Source: Opitutia bacterium (lineage in GTDB: Bacteria > Verrucomicrobiota > Verrucomicrobiia > Opitutales > Opitutaceae). Taken from it: a stretch of DNA of 64,000 bases. The translations under genes and the position numbers were made by a program. Positions 11,378-19,294 of this stretch are shown piece after piece. Position 1 is the first letter of the stretch. Every line of letters starts with the position of its first letter. Under the pieces are notes generated by a model, which was not told the origin of the DNA, did not search any database, and saw nothing but the letters and a program-made list of their open reading frames with translations. The DNA lies in the NCBI GenBank assembly GCA_002737275.1, contig NSIG01000005.1:333-64332 (forward strand), written 5' to 3'.

Positions 11378-11944
11378 TCAGGAAAGAGTCGCGACGAAGG
11401 CGGCGAGGTCAGCGTGGATCTCGGCGCCCGGGAGAGCGAGGGTTTGCCAAGCTCCGGCGGTGAGCTCGCCGCTGCAGACGGCGATGGCGCGGATGCCGGC
11501 GTTGAGGCCGGCTTGGACGTCGCTGGCGCGGTCGCCGATCATTGCGCATTGAGCGGGGTCGAGGTGATGCGCCGCGATCATCTCTTGGACGTAGCGAGGC
11601 GAAGGTTTGCGGTAGAGCGAAGGTTGGTCCGGCGCTTCCGGGGCGATACAGATGCCGGCGAAGAGGGGCGAATGGAGCCTAAGCAGTGTCTCCATGCGGG
11701 CGTTGACGAGGAGGGTATCGTCGAGGGTGTAGAGCCCGCGGCCGATGCCGGACTGGTTGGTGAGCATGAACAGTTGGTAGCCGAGGGTGTGGGCGCGTTG
11801 GAGCGCCTCGCGGACACCGGGTATTATCTCCACGCCGGCGGGATCGAACAGGTAGTGTTTGTCGAGGATCAGCGTGCCGTCGCGGTCGAGGAAGAGGGCG
11901 CGGGGAGAGTCGGCGTTCTTGGATTTTATTTTTTTGGGTTCCAC
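11378..11944 (-). CDS. gmhB: D-glycero-D-manno-heptose 1,7-bisphosphate phosphatase (HAD-IIIA)
   Basis: HAD motifs FLDRDGTL and TNQSGIGRG...GDRASD. GTG start 3 nt after the hldA stop. Confidence 0.8.
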   Translation of the reverse strand: MEPKKIKSKNADSPRALFLDRDGTLILDKHYLFDPAGVEIIPGVREALQRAHTLGYQLFMLTNQSGIGRGLYTLDDTLLVNARMETLLRLHSPLFAGICIAPEAPDQPSLYRKPSPRYVQEMIAAHHLDPAQCAMIGDRASDVQAGLNAGIRAIAVCSGELTAGAWQTLALPGAEIHADLAAFVATLS

Positions 11945-11947
11945 GGA

Positions 11948-12922
11948 TTAGCGGTGACTGACGTAGGCCTTGAGCTCGGCCGGCGTGACGGTGGCGGTGC
12001 CGAGTTTGCCGACGACGACGCCGGCGGCGGCGTTAGCGAAGTGGGCGGCGGTCTCGAGGGTTGCCCCGGCGGCAAGGGCCAGGACAAGGGCGGCGAGGGC
12101 GGTGTCGCCGGCACCGGAAACATCGTAGACCTCACGGGCGGCGGTCGGGATGGTTTTAAGGATTTTGCCTTCGCTGCTGAGCAACATGCCGTCTTCGCCG
12201 AGGGTGATGACGAGGTGTTTCGTCGCGAATTTCTCGTGGAGGCGGGCGCAGACTTCGGCGGCGGGGAAGGGCGTGCCGGGGGCGGGGTGGAGGCCGGAGA
12301 GTTTGAGGGCTTCGCGTTTGTTCGGGGTGATAAGATCGAGGCCGTGAAAGGTGAGGGCGTGCTTCGGTTTGGGGTCCAAGGCGACGAGTTTGCCGGCGGC
12401 GCGGGCGAGGGTGGTGATGCGGGCGACGAGTTCGTCCGAAAGGATGCCCTTGGCGTAGTCGGAGAAGATGACGGCATCGTGCGAGCGGATGGCGGTGCGG
12501 AGGAGTTTTTCGGCGGCGTCGGCGGTGACGGCGTAGGCGGAGGGCGGGGACTCGCGGTCGAGGCGGCAAAGTTGCTGGCGCTGGACGAGCACGCGGGTTT
12601 TGACGATGGTCTGCGCGGAGCCAGGGGTGGAGAGGGTGGCGATTTTTTTCTCGGCGAGCGTGGCGACGAGACTGCGGCCGGCGGCGTCGGCGCCGAAGTA
12701 GCCGGCAACGGTGGTGCGGGCGCCGAGGGATGCGAGATTGAGGGCGACGTTGGCGGCGCCGCCGGCGGTGACGGATTCGCGGGTGATGTCCACGACGGGG
12801 ACGGGCGCTTCGGGCGAGATGCGGGTGGCATCACCCCAGAGGTAGCGGTCGAGCATTACGTCGCCGATGACGAGGATGCGAAGGGCGGAGATTTTTTTGA
12901 GGAGGGTGGGCAGGGAGCGCAT
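11948..12922 (-). CDS. hldA: D-beta-D-heptose 7-phosphate kinase (RfaE domain I, PfkB family)
   Basis: ILVIGDVMLDRYLWG N-terminus typical of RfaE domain I. PfkB signature DVSGAGDTALAALVLALAAG. Confidence 0.8.
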   Translation of the reverse strand: MRSLPTLLKKISALRILVIGDVMLDRYLWGDATRISPEAPVPVVDITRESVTAGGAANVALNLASLGARTTVAGYFGADAAGRSLVATLAEKKIATLSTPGSAQTIVKTRVLVQRQQLCRLDRESPPSAYAVTADAAEKLLRTAIRSHDAVIFSDYAKGILSDELVARITTLARAAGKLVALDPKPKHALTFHGLDLITPNKREALKLSGLHPAPGTPFPAAEVCARLHEKFATKHLVITLGEDGMLLSSEGKILKTIPTAAREVYDVSGAGDTALAALVLALAAGATLETAAHFANAAAGVVVGKLGTATVTPAELKAYVSHR

Positions 12923-12980
12923 CGGGGCAGAGATGTTTTTTATCTGGAACTCAGGGAATCAGGAATTGGGAGGAGTTGCG

Positions 12981-13007
12981 CACGGAATACACGGAACACA
13001 CGGAAAA
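12981..13007. repeat. Tandem 9-nt CACGGA-type repeat (3 units)
   Basis: cacggaata-cacggaaca-cacggaaaa, in the M24-hldA intercistronic spacer. Its flanks are homologous to the copy at 34733-34759. Confidence 0.65.
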
Positions 13008-13070
13008 AATTCGGGAAGAAAAAGGAGGACGGTGAAAATCGGGAAATCAGGAGATCGGAGTAAAGACGGG

Positions 13071-14273
13071 TCAGAGTTCCCAGGTATAGGGGAATTTGGA
13101 GAGCAGGGTGTAGCCGGTGGCGGTGACTTGGACGACGTCTTCGATGCGGCAGGCCCCTAGGCCGGGGTAGTAGAGGCCGGGCTCGACGGTGACGACGGTG
13201 CCGCGGCGCAGCGGGGTGTCGTAGCGCGGGCTGAGGCCGGGTGCTTCGTGAACGGCGAGTCCGAGGCCGTGGCCGGTGCCGTGGAAAAAACCGGTGGAGC
13301 CCTTGGGCGAGTGCTTGGTCTCGTAGCCGCGCGCGGTGAAGGTGGCGACGACGGCTTCGTGCACGGTGCGACCGCCCACGCTGGCGCGGATGGTTTTGAG
13401 CGCGGCGAGTTGGGCGGCGCGGACGGCTGCGACCAAGGCGCGCTGAGCATCGGAGGCGGTGCCACGGAGGAAGGTGCGGGTCATGTCCCCGTGGTAGCCG
13501 GTGGCGGAGACGCGGGGAAAGACGTCGACGATGATGAGTTCGTTGGGTCGGAGCGGGCCGGAGCCGCGCTCGTGCGGGTCGCAGGCTTGGTCGCCGCCGG
13601 CGGCGATGGTGTTGGCGGAGACGGCGCCCGCGGCGAGGCAGGCAGACTCGATGGCGAATTTCAGTCGCTCGCTGGTGAGAGGTTTACCCTCGAAGATGAG
13701 TGAACGGCCCTTGATTTTGCTGGCGCGGAGAACGCGCTCGGCGGCGGCGATGCCGAGGGCACTGCAGCGGTTGCCCTCGCGTAGCGCGGTGATTTCAGCC
13801 GGAGTTTTGATTTCGCGGTTGGGGAAGATTGGGCCGGTCGCGACGGTGAGGTCGAGGCCGAGTTCGAAAAGCTTCTCGTAAACGCCGGCGGGAAAATCCT
13901 CCGGGACGGTGAAGGATTTCTGTTTCAGTTCGGTGGCGAGGAGGAAGATCACTTCGGCGGCGCCGGGCTTGCGCTGCGGCCAAACCTCGCGGGCTTTGGC
14001 CAAGTAGGGTTCGAGGGCGAGAACGCGGTCGAAGGCGGAGCGGCGCTTTACCCGGCCGAATTCAAGTGCGCCGACGACGGCGTATTTCTTGCCGTAAGCG
14101 GCGAACGCGATGAACGGGTCGGGCACGCCGACGCGGCCAAAGTAGAGGGCATCGGCGCTGCGCTCGGTGTCGGCGTAAAGGAGGGGCGGAGGCGTGGACG
14201 CCGATGATGAAAGTGACACGGTGAGAGAGAGGAGTTGAGTTGGGAGAGGCGGGTGATTAGCCACAGAGCGCAT
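13071..14273 (-). CDS. M24-family aminopeptidase (prolidase/creatinase-like)
   Basis: Blocks DVFPRVSATGYHGDMTRT, HGTGHGLGLAVHE, VEPGLYY, CRIEDVV. Start taken at ATG 14273; a GTG further in is possible. Confidence 0.8.
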   Translation of the reverse strand: MRSVANHPPLPTQLLSLTVSLSSSASTPPPLLYADTERSADALYFGRVGVPDPFIAFAAYGKKYAVVGALEFGRVKRRSAFDRVLALEPYLAKAREVWPQRKPGAAEVIFLLATELKQKSFTVPEDFPAGVYEKLFELGLDLTVATGPIFPNREIKTPAEITALREGNRCSALGIAAAERVLRASKIKGRSLIFEGKPLTSERLKFAIESACLAAGAVSANTIAAGGDQACDPHERGSGPLRPNELIIVDVFPRVSATGYHGDMTRTFLRGTASDAQRALVAAVRAAQLAALKTIRASVGGRTVHEAVVATFTARGYETKHSPKGSTGFFHGTGHGLGLAVHEAPGLSPRYDTPLRRGTVVTVEPGLYYPGLGACRIEDVVQVTATGYTLLSKFPYTWEL

Positions 14274-14835
14274 GAAGAAGGCAAATCCGGTTTCGATGGT
14301 GTTGAGGGCAGCGACGGCCGCGTCCGCGCTGATTGTGGCCGGGTGTGGCAAGGCCGAGTCGGCGGGGACTAAAAGCTCGGCGGGGGGCGTGGCGCAGGGT
14401 GCGGTGATGAAAAGTGCGACGGACTGGTTTTCGATTAAAGTCGGCGACAAGACCCTGCGGATGCAATTGGCGGTGCAGCCGAAAGAGCTGGAGCGGGGGC
14501 TGATGGAGCGTCGCGATTTGGGGACCGATGACGCGATGGTGTTTGTTTTTGGGCGGCCGCAGGGAATGAGCTTTTGGATGCGAAACACGCCGACGCCGTT
14601 GGACATGGCCTACTTCAGTGCGGAGGGCGTGCTGCTGGAATACTATCCGGCGTATCCGTTCGACGAGAAGCCGGTGCCCTCGCGGAGCCAACGGTTGCAG
14701 TTTGTCGTCGAGACGAACCAAGGTTGGTTCAAGGCGAACGGAGTGAAGCCGGGCGCTCGGCTGGAGATGAAGGCCTTGAGCGCGGCGTTGGCGGCGCGGG
14801 GATTCGACCCCCAGAACTACGGAATTGAGCGTTAA
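14272..14835 (+). CDS. DUF192-family protein, lipoprotein signal
   Basis: Signal ending in the lipobox IVAGC. DUF192 core RGLMERRDLGTDDAMVFVF...FWMRNTPTPLDMAYF. Confidence 0.75.
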   Translation: MKKANPVSMVLRAATAASALIVAGCGKAESAGTKSSAGGVAQGAVMKSATDWFSIKVGDKTLRMQLAVQPKELERGLMERRDLGTDDAMVFVFGRPQGMSFWMRNTPTPLDMAYFSAEGVLLEYYPAYPFDEKPVPSRSQRLQFVVETNQGWFKANGVKPGARLEMKALSAALAARGFDPQNYGIER

Positions 14836-14858
14836 GCAGCAGGAGCGCGGGAAAAGGC

Positions 14859-14883
14859 GGGCGTCCGCAAGGGACGCCCCTAC
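14859..14883 (-). repeat. REP-like element (GTAG head + 8-bp hairpin)
   Basis: Minus strand reads GTAG-GGGCGTCC-cttgc-GGACGCCC. Intergenic, between two convergent 3' ends. Confidence 0.5.
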
Positions 14884-14905
14884 ATGGTCCGAAACGCCGC
14901 GGGCG

Positions 14906-15349
14906 CTACTTCGGCGCTTTCGGGATTTCGTTGTCGGTGCGTAGGACGAGGACGGGGACTTTATTTTTCACCCAGACCTCGGCCTCCTTAAAGAATTTCG
15001 CTGGGACGTGCTCGAGGGCTTCGCCGACGGTTTTTGCGGGGTGGAGGCGACCTTTTTTGGAGGCGTTGAAATCGTACGCGCCGCGAAAGATGCGCTCTTG
15101 GGTGGTGGCGACGCTGTCTTCCTCGGGAATTTGGAGAATCCAGGCAACAAAATCGTGTTTCGGCAGGCGGTTTTCGGGGTCGCTGGCGAGCACGACGAAC
15201 TGCTTTTTGACCGCCGGCGGTTTCTCTTTGTCGCCGGGGTCGGGCTGGGCGGCGAGGTTCATTTCCTCGATGACTTGGCGGAGGAGTTTTGGGTCGAGTT
15301 GGTTCTTTTTCAGAATCTCGGCGACCACGTTGACTTCGATTTTCGGCAT
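14906..15349 (-). CDS. Hypothetical protein (147 aa), no family recognised
   Basis: ATG start and genome-typical GC3-rich codon usage. No motif I can name. Confidence 0.6.
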   Translation of the reverse strand: MPKIEVNVVAEILKKNQLDPKLLRQVIEEMNLAAQPDPGDKEKPPAVKKQFVVLASDPENRLPKHDFVAWILQIPEEDSVATTQERIFRGAYDFNASKKGRLHPAKTVGEALEHVPAKFFKEAEVWVKNKVPVLVLRTDNEIPKAPK

Positions 15350-15465
15350 AAGGAAAGGGGCGAAGGCAGGACTGCATACGAACGCGGATGAAAGTAAAGG
15401 GCGGGCGGGTTGGGCGTCATCGGGATTGCAAGTTTACGGTCGGGTGCGGCAATAAACGAACGCCA

Positions 15466-15978
15466 ATGAGTGAAGAATTTTTCGATGTGGTGGATGCGAA
15501 CGATGTCGTGATCGGGCGCGCGGCGCGTCGGGAGGTTCACGCGCGGGGGCTCTGGCACCGGGCGGTGCATGTGCTGGTGTTTGACGCCGGGGGGCTGACC
15601 TTTTTGCAGAAACGGTCGATGACGAAGGACCTGTCGCCGGGATGTTGGGATGCGGCGTGTTCGGGCCATTTGGACAGCGGCGAGGACTATGACGCGGCGG
15701 CGGTGCGAGAATTGGGTGAAGAGATCGGGGTGCGGGCGGGGCCGGGCGATCTGGTGCGGTGGCGGCGGGTGGAGGCGTGTGCGCGCACGGGCTGGGAGTT
15801 CCTCTGGGTTTACCGGTTGGAGCACGCCGGCCCGTTTGTGCTCCACCCGGAGGAAATCGAGCGCGGCGAGTGGGTGGTGCCGGCGGAGCTAACCGCACGG
15901 ATGCGGGAGAAACCGGCCGAGTTTACGCCGGCGTTTCGATTGATCTGGGAACAGATCGGCGCCGAGGCGGGCGGTTAA
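15466..15978 (+). CDS. NUDIX hydrolase
   Basis: Nudix box GHLDSGEDYDAAAVRELGEEIGV. Start at ATG MSEEFFDVVD. Confidence 0.8.
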   Translation: MSEEFFDVVDANDVVIGRAARREVHARGLWHRAVHVLVFDAGGLTFLQKRSMTKDLSPGCWDAACSGHLDSGEDYDAAAVRELGEEIGVRAGPGDLVRWRRVEACARTGWEFLWVYRLEHAGPFVLHPEEIERGEWVVPAELTARMREKPAEFTPAFRLIWEQIGAEAGG

Positions 15979-16274
15979 TTGAAGGAAGGTCCGAGGCCGG
16001 TGATGCGCTTGCCGGAAACGCGGCCGGGGCCGTCGAATTCGCTGAGGCGTTTGATTTCGTCGAATTGCTTTTGCGTGATGAGCCGGCGAGGGACGCGCTT
16101 CTCGGCTTCGAAAATCAGACGCTCGCGATCTTCATCGGTCGGGTGATGCGGGAGCCACGAGGTGTTGTGCCCCTGGTGGCGGGTCCACTCGATGTTGCCG
16201 CCGTGGACGTCGACGTGAATTTGAAATTTTCCCTCGATGGGATCGCGGTGCCACCAGCCGAAAGTAACGCTCAT
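15975..16274 (-). CDS. Small His/Trp-rich hypothetical protein (99 aa)
   Basis: Good codon usage. ATG overlaps the stop of the upstream metallophosphoesterase (ATGA at 16271-16274). Only the last 99 codons of the 475-aa track ORF are plausible. Confidence 0.55.
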   Translation of the reverse strand: MSVTFGWWHRDPIEGKFQIHVDVHGGNIEWTRHQGHNTSWLPHHPTDEDRERLIFEAEKRVPRRLITQKQFDEIKRLSEFDGPGRVSGKRITGLGPSFN

Positions 16275-17332
16275 GCGGGGATGTTCGAAGAACCGGGGAC
16301 TTCCGCGAGAGCAAACTCCGCGACGACGCGGCCTGGGTGAAATAAGCCAGAGCGGGAATCGATCTGGCGAATGGTGAGATGGTCGGGGGTGAGATCCACG
16401 GCTTGGGCGCCGAAAGGACGGCAGAGGGCGCCGGTATTGACCACGGTGAGACCGGAAGGGGCGGTCCAAACGAATGGGCGGTGCGTGTGGCCGATGAGCA
16501 TGAAGCGGGCGGCGGGGCGATGGGCGGCGGCAATGATGGCGGCGCGGTTCGGGGTCTCGCGCCAAGCGTGGATGATCTCGAAGCTGCGCCAAGGCGGCCA
16601 AACGGTGTCGGCGGCGAACTTCACGGCGTATTTGAGCGGGTTGGGTTCGGATTGGTGGCGTTGGGGGAGCGCAGCGCAGGCGGCGCGAAAGACCGCGAGT
16701 CGAGGGGCGAGTTGGGTGCGGTGTTCGACTGGCAGCGAGGCCAGCCCGTGGGTGATGTGGGCCTCGAGTGTGGCGGCGTCGCGACCCCATGGGACGATGT
16801 TGTCGAAAATAATGTCGCCGTGGGTGACGAACACTTGGCCGTCGCAGAGGTCGAGCGTGTCGAGGTTGGAAATGTCCGGGTCGTGATTCCCGGTGACGAA
16901 GGTGACCTCGGGGGCGCAGGCGCCGAAGAAACGGCTGACCTCGGCGCGGGAACGGGCGGTGACTTGAGGGTGAGGGCCGGGGCGGGTGTCGAGGGTGTCG
17001 CCGTTGAGGATCAGCCGGCTGATGCCGTCGATGAGCGGACTCAGTTGATCGAGGCGGCGCAACCGGCTGGAGCGGTCGCCGTAGTGGAGGTCGGAAAAGA
17101 TGCGGATGAGGCCGGACACGTTTGGCGGGGAGAGAAACGGGACTCGGAAACGGGGCAATGTTTTTGGGCGCAGCGGGCGAGTGGCGAGCGCGGCGGGTGT
17201 GCGCAGGTGCGGGAATGCGGATTTTGGTGCTTCTCGGCTTGGGCGGCGTAGGTCGCCGGGCCGGCGGATGATATCGCGCGGATTCACGCCGAGGCCATCG
17301 GTGGGCCGTGCGCCACGCGGTGGGATAATCAA
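16271..17332 (-). CDS. Calcineurin-like metallophosphoesterase
   Basis: Motifs SDLHYGD, NGDTLD, TGNHD, THGD and IGHTHRP, in order. Start uncertain: TTG at 17332, or GTG at 17119 just before the conserved core. The 71-aa R/P-rich N-terminus is doubtful. Confidence 0.75.
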   Translation of the reverse strand: MIIPPRGARPTDGLGVNPRDIIRRPGDLRRPSREAPKSAFPHLRTPAALATRPLRPKTLPRFRVPFLSPPNVSGLIRIFSDLHYGDRSSRLRRLDQLSPLIDGISRLILNGDTLDTRPGPHPQVTARSRAEVSRFFGACAPEVTFVTGNHDPDISNLDTLDLCDGQVFVTHGDIIFDNIVPWGRDAATLEAHITHGLASLPVEHRTQLAPRLAVFRAACAALPQRHQSEPNPLKYAVKFAADTVWPPWRSFEIIHAWRETPNRAAIIAAAHRPAARFMLIGHTHRPFVWTAPSGLTVVNTGALCRPFGAQAVDLTPDHLTIRQIDSRSGLFHPGRVVAEFALAEVPGSSNIPA

Positions 17333-17395
17333 GCGCCGCAGGCAATCGCGGTTTCGCGGCTTGCCAGAATTTAACCTGAGTTTGAGGCTCTCGAA

Positions 17396-17902
17396 ATGGC
17401 ACTATTCGGTTCCCTTTCCACAGTGCGGGCTCAGCTTGCCCCCTCTGACAAATTCGCCACAGCCTTCGCGTATGTCGAAGCGTGCCTGCGCGCCGGTTCG
17501 TCGGAGCGCGCGTTGCTTGACGGTCTCGCGGCCGAGCAGACGCAGCGGGTGGACTTGGGCGGCGGAGTGTTTGCGCTGGTGCAGGCGAGCATGACGTTGC
17601 CGGCGGGAGTGCCGACCGTCCCGAAGTGGGAGTCGCACAAGACCTACACGGATGTGCAGGCGGTGATCGTGGGCGAGGAAATCATGGAGCTGACAGATGT
17701 GGGCAACCTCAAGGTCGCCGAGGATCTCCGGCCGGCTAAAGATGTGCTCTTTTATGAAGGCTTCGCGCGGCACACGACCTTGCGGGTCGCGGCGGGCGAG
17801 GTTGCGGTTTTTTTCCCCGTGGATGGGCATCGTCCGTTGGTGGCGGCCGGTGCGCCGATGTTGGTGCGCAAGGTGGTCGTCAAAGTGCCGGTCGCGGCGT
17901 GA
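17396..17902 (+). CDS. YhcH/YjgK/YiaL-family protein (DUF386)
   Basis: 168 aa with HKTYTDVQAVIVGEEIMEL and a C-terminal FFPVDGHRP pattern typical of this cupin-like family. Confidence 0.7.
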   Translation: MALFGSLSTVRAQLAPSDKFATAFAYVEACLRAGSSERALLDGLAAEQTQRVDLGGGVFALVQASMTLPAGVPTVPKWESHKTYTDVQAVIVGEEIMELTDVGNLKVAEDLRPAKDVLFYEGFARHTTLRVAAGEVAVFFPVDGHRPLVAAGAPMLVRKVVVKVPVAA

Positions 17903-18768
17903 ACTACCGGCATCATTATCACGCCGGTAATTTCGCCGATGTGATGAAGCACGCGTTGCTTGTCCCGCTGGTGCGCGCGCTGCAAAGAAAGGAGAAGGGT
18001 TTTCTGTATCTCGATACGCACGCTGGTCGCGGGAGCTACGATCTGGCGGTGGCGGCGATTGGGGACACGCACGCGCGCGTGCCGGAATGGCCGGAGGGCG
18101 TGGGACGTTTGTGGAATCGACCGGCCGGGGAGTTGCCCGGCGGCGTCGCGGATTATATTGCGCTCGTGCGGGAGTATGATCGGCGGGAGAGCAACGCCAC
18201 GCCCGAGCCGAGATTTTATCCGGGGTCGCCGGCGCTGGTGAACCTGATCGCGAGGCCGCAGGAGCGACTGGTGTTGTGCGAACGCCAACCGGCGGAGTGC
18301 GCGGCGTTGCGGGAGAAATTTCAGTTTACCGGCGGCGCACAGGTGCGCGAGGCGGACGGCTACGCTACGGTGCGGGCGGTGTTGCCGCCGTTGGAGAAAC
18401 GGGCGCTGGTTCTGATCGATCCGCCGTTTGAGGCCCAGGATGAGTGGGCTCAAATCGTGGCGACCTTGCAGGACGGATTGAAGCGATTGCCGGGCGGAGT
18501 GTTTGCAGTGTGGTATCCCCTCACCGAGCGGGCGAAGGTGGATTTGTTTTTTGCGGAGCTGCGGGGGCTGGCGCTGCCGCCGACCTTGGCGGTGGAGCTG
18601 GTGGTGAATCCGCCGGCGGCAAAGATGGTGGGGTGCGGGGTGTTGATCGTGAATCCGCCGTGGAAGTTTGCGGACGAGGCGGCCGCGACGGTGGAGTATT
18701 TGGCCAAAGTGCTCGGGCAAGGGGCGGGAGCGCGCGGGGACTTGATCTGGTTGGCGCGGGAGACCTAG
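17899..18768 (+). CDS. rlmJ: 23S rRNA (adenine2030-N6)-methyltransferase
   Basis: N-terminus NYRHHYHAGNFADVMKH and internal LIDPPFE match RlmJ. GTG start overlaps the upstream stop (GTGA). Confidence 0.9.
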   Translation: MNYRHHYHAGNFADVMKHALLVPLVRALQRKEKGFLYLDTHAGRGSYDLAVAAIGDTHARVPEWPEGVGRLWNRPAGELPGGVADYIALVREYDRRESNATPEPRFYPGSPALVNLIARPQERLVLCERQPAECAALREKFQFTGGAQVREADGYATVRAVLPPLEKRALVLIDPPFEAQDEWAQIVATLQDGLKRLPGGVFAVWYPLTERAKVDLFFAELRGLALPPTLAVELVVNPPAAKMVGCGVLIVNPPWKFADEAAATVEYLAKVLGQGAGARGDLIWLARET

Positions 18769-18832
18769 GGGGCGTGCTCTCTGGGGGTTCGATGCAGGCA
18801 GCGTCGAACCACCGGGCGGGGTGAGGGGACGC

Positions 18833-18857
18833 AAAAAAACGGAGACCGGGGTCTCCG
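18833..18857 (-). terminator. Rho-independent terminator
   Basis: Minus strand: CGGAGACC-CC-GGTCTCCG palindrome followed by T7. Downstream of the small ORF 18899-19096. Confidence 0.55.
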
Positions 18858-18898
18858 CTGATGCTGGGGGGATTTTCTCCCAGGGATCGGGTCCGGGA

Positions 18899-19096
18899 TC
18901 AGCGCGAGCTGAGGGTTGAGACCGGGGTGGGCAAGCTCTTGAAGATATCGGGGCTCACCCGGGGTAAGATGACTTTCAGAGGCGGGGCGCGGAAAATGGG
19001 ACGGTCCCACATGGCGTTGGCGCGGGCGACAAGCTCGACGACGACGGGACGATCTTCAAAAATTTCGGGCTGGGTGAAATGAGTGGGTAAAGGCAT
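18899..19096 (-). CDS. Small hypothetical protein (65 aa from the ATG)
   Basis: ATG at 19096 (the track ORF starts at an upstream TTG). Reasonable GC3, a CAAC/pyrimidine-rich leader like other genes here, and a dedicated terminator. Confidence 0.4.
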   Translation of the reverse strand: MPLPTHFTQPEIFEDRPVVVELVARANAMWDRPIFRAPPLKVILPRVSPDIFKSLPTPVSTLSSR

Positions 19097-19294
19097 GGGG
19101 GTGGTCGGTTCGGTGTTGGCTTCAGGGGGTAGACTTCGATAGGCCAAAAATGTGCCGCACTTAAAGAAAAATATCGGTTCGATGCGAAGAGTTCACAAAT
19201 TGTTAAAAGCGCCCTTGCTCGCGCTGGGAGAATCTTCCAAGAAATCGGAGTCGGCTTTTTTTCACCCCTCGTCCCCAACCTCCTGTTAAATCCT

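Noticed and set aside
10874-13063. 729-aa plus-strand ORF spanning three genes and their spacers.
   Set aside because: It is antisense to mutM, gmhB and hldA. It stays open only because the purine-rich spacers lack stops in that frame. The G/A/E/R-rich translation is not protein-like. The same reasoning applies to the other long antisense ORFs, for example 7821-9053, 28221-29750, 31636-32835, 35604-36368, 37918-39120, 42945-44555, 44915-45880, 46124-47329, 54307-55233 and 56577-57878.
16275-17402. Upstream 376 codons of the 475-aa minus ORF 15975-17402.
   Set aside because: This part is out of frame with, and fully overlaps, a metallophosphoesterase that has all its catalytic motifs. It is Arg/Pro-rich nonsense. 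Only the last 99 codons (15975-16274) were kept.
18781-18815. tRNA-like GGTTCGA...TCGAACC stem after rlmJ.
   Set aside because: It resembles a T-arm sequence, but no acceptor, D or anticodon arms can be drawn around it. I treated it as a simple hairpin. No tRNA or rRNA was found anywhere in the window.
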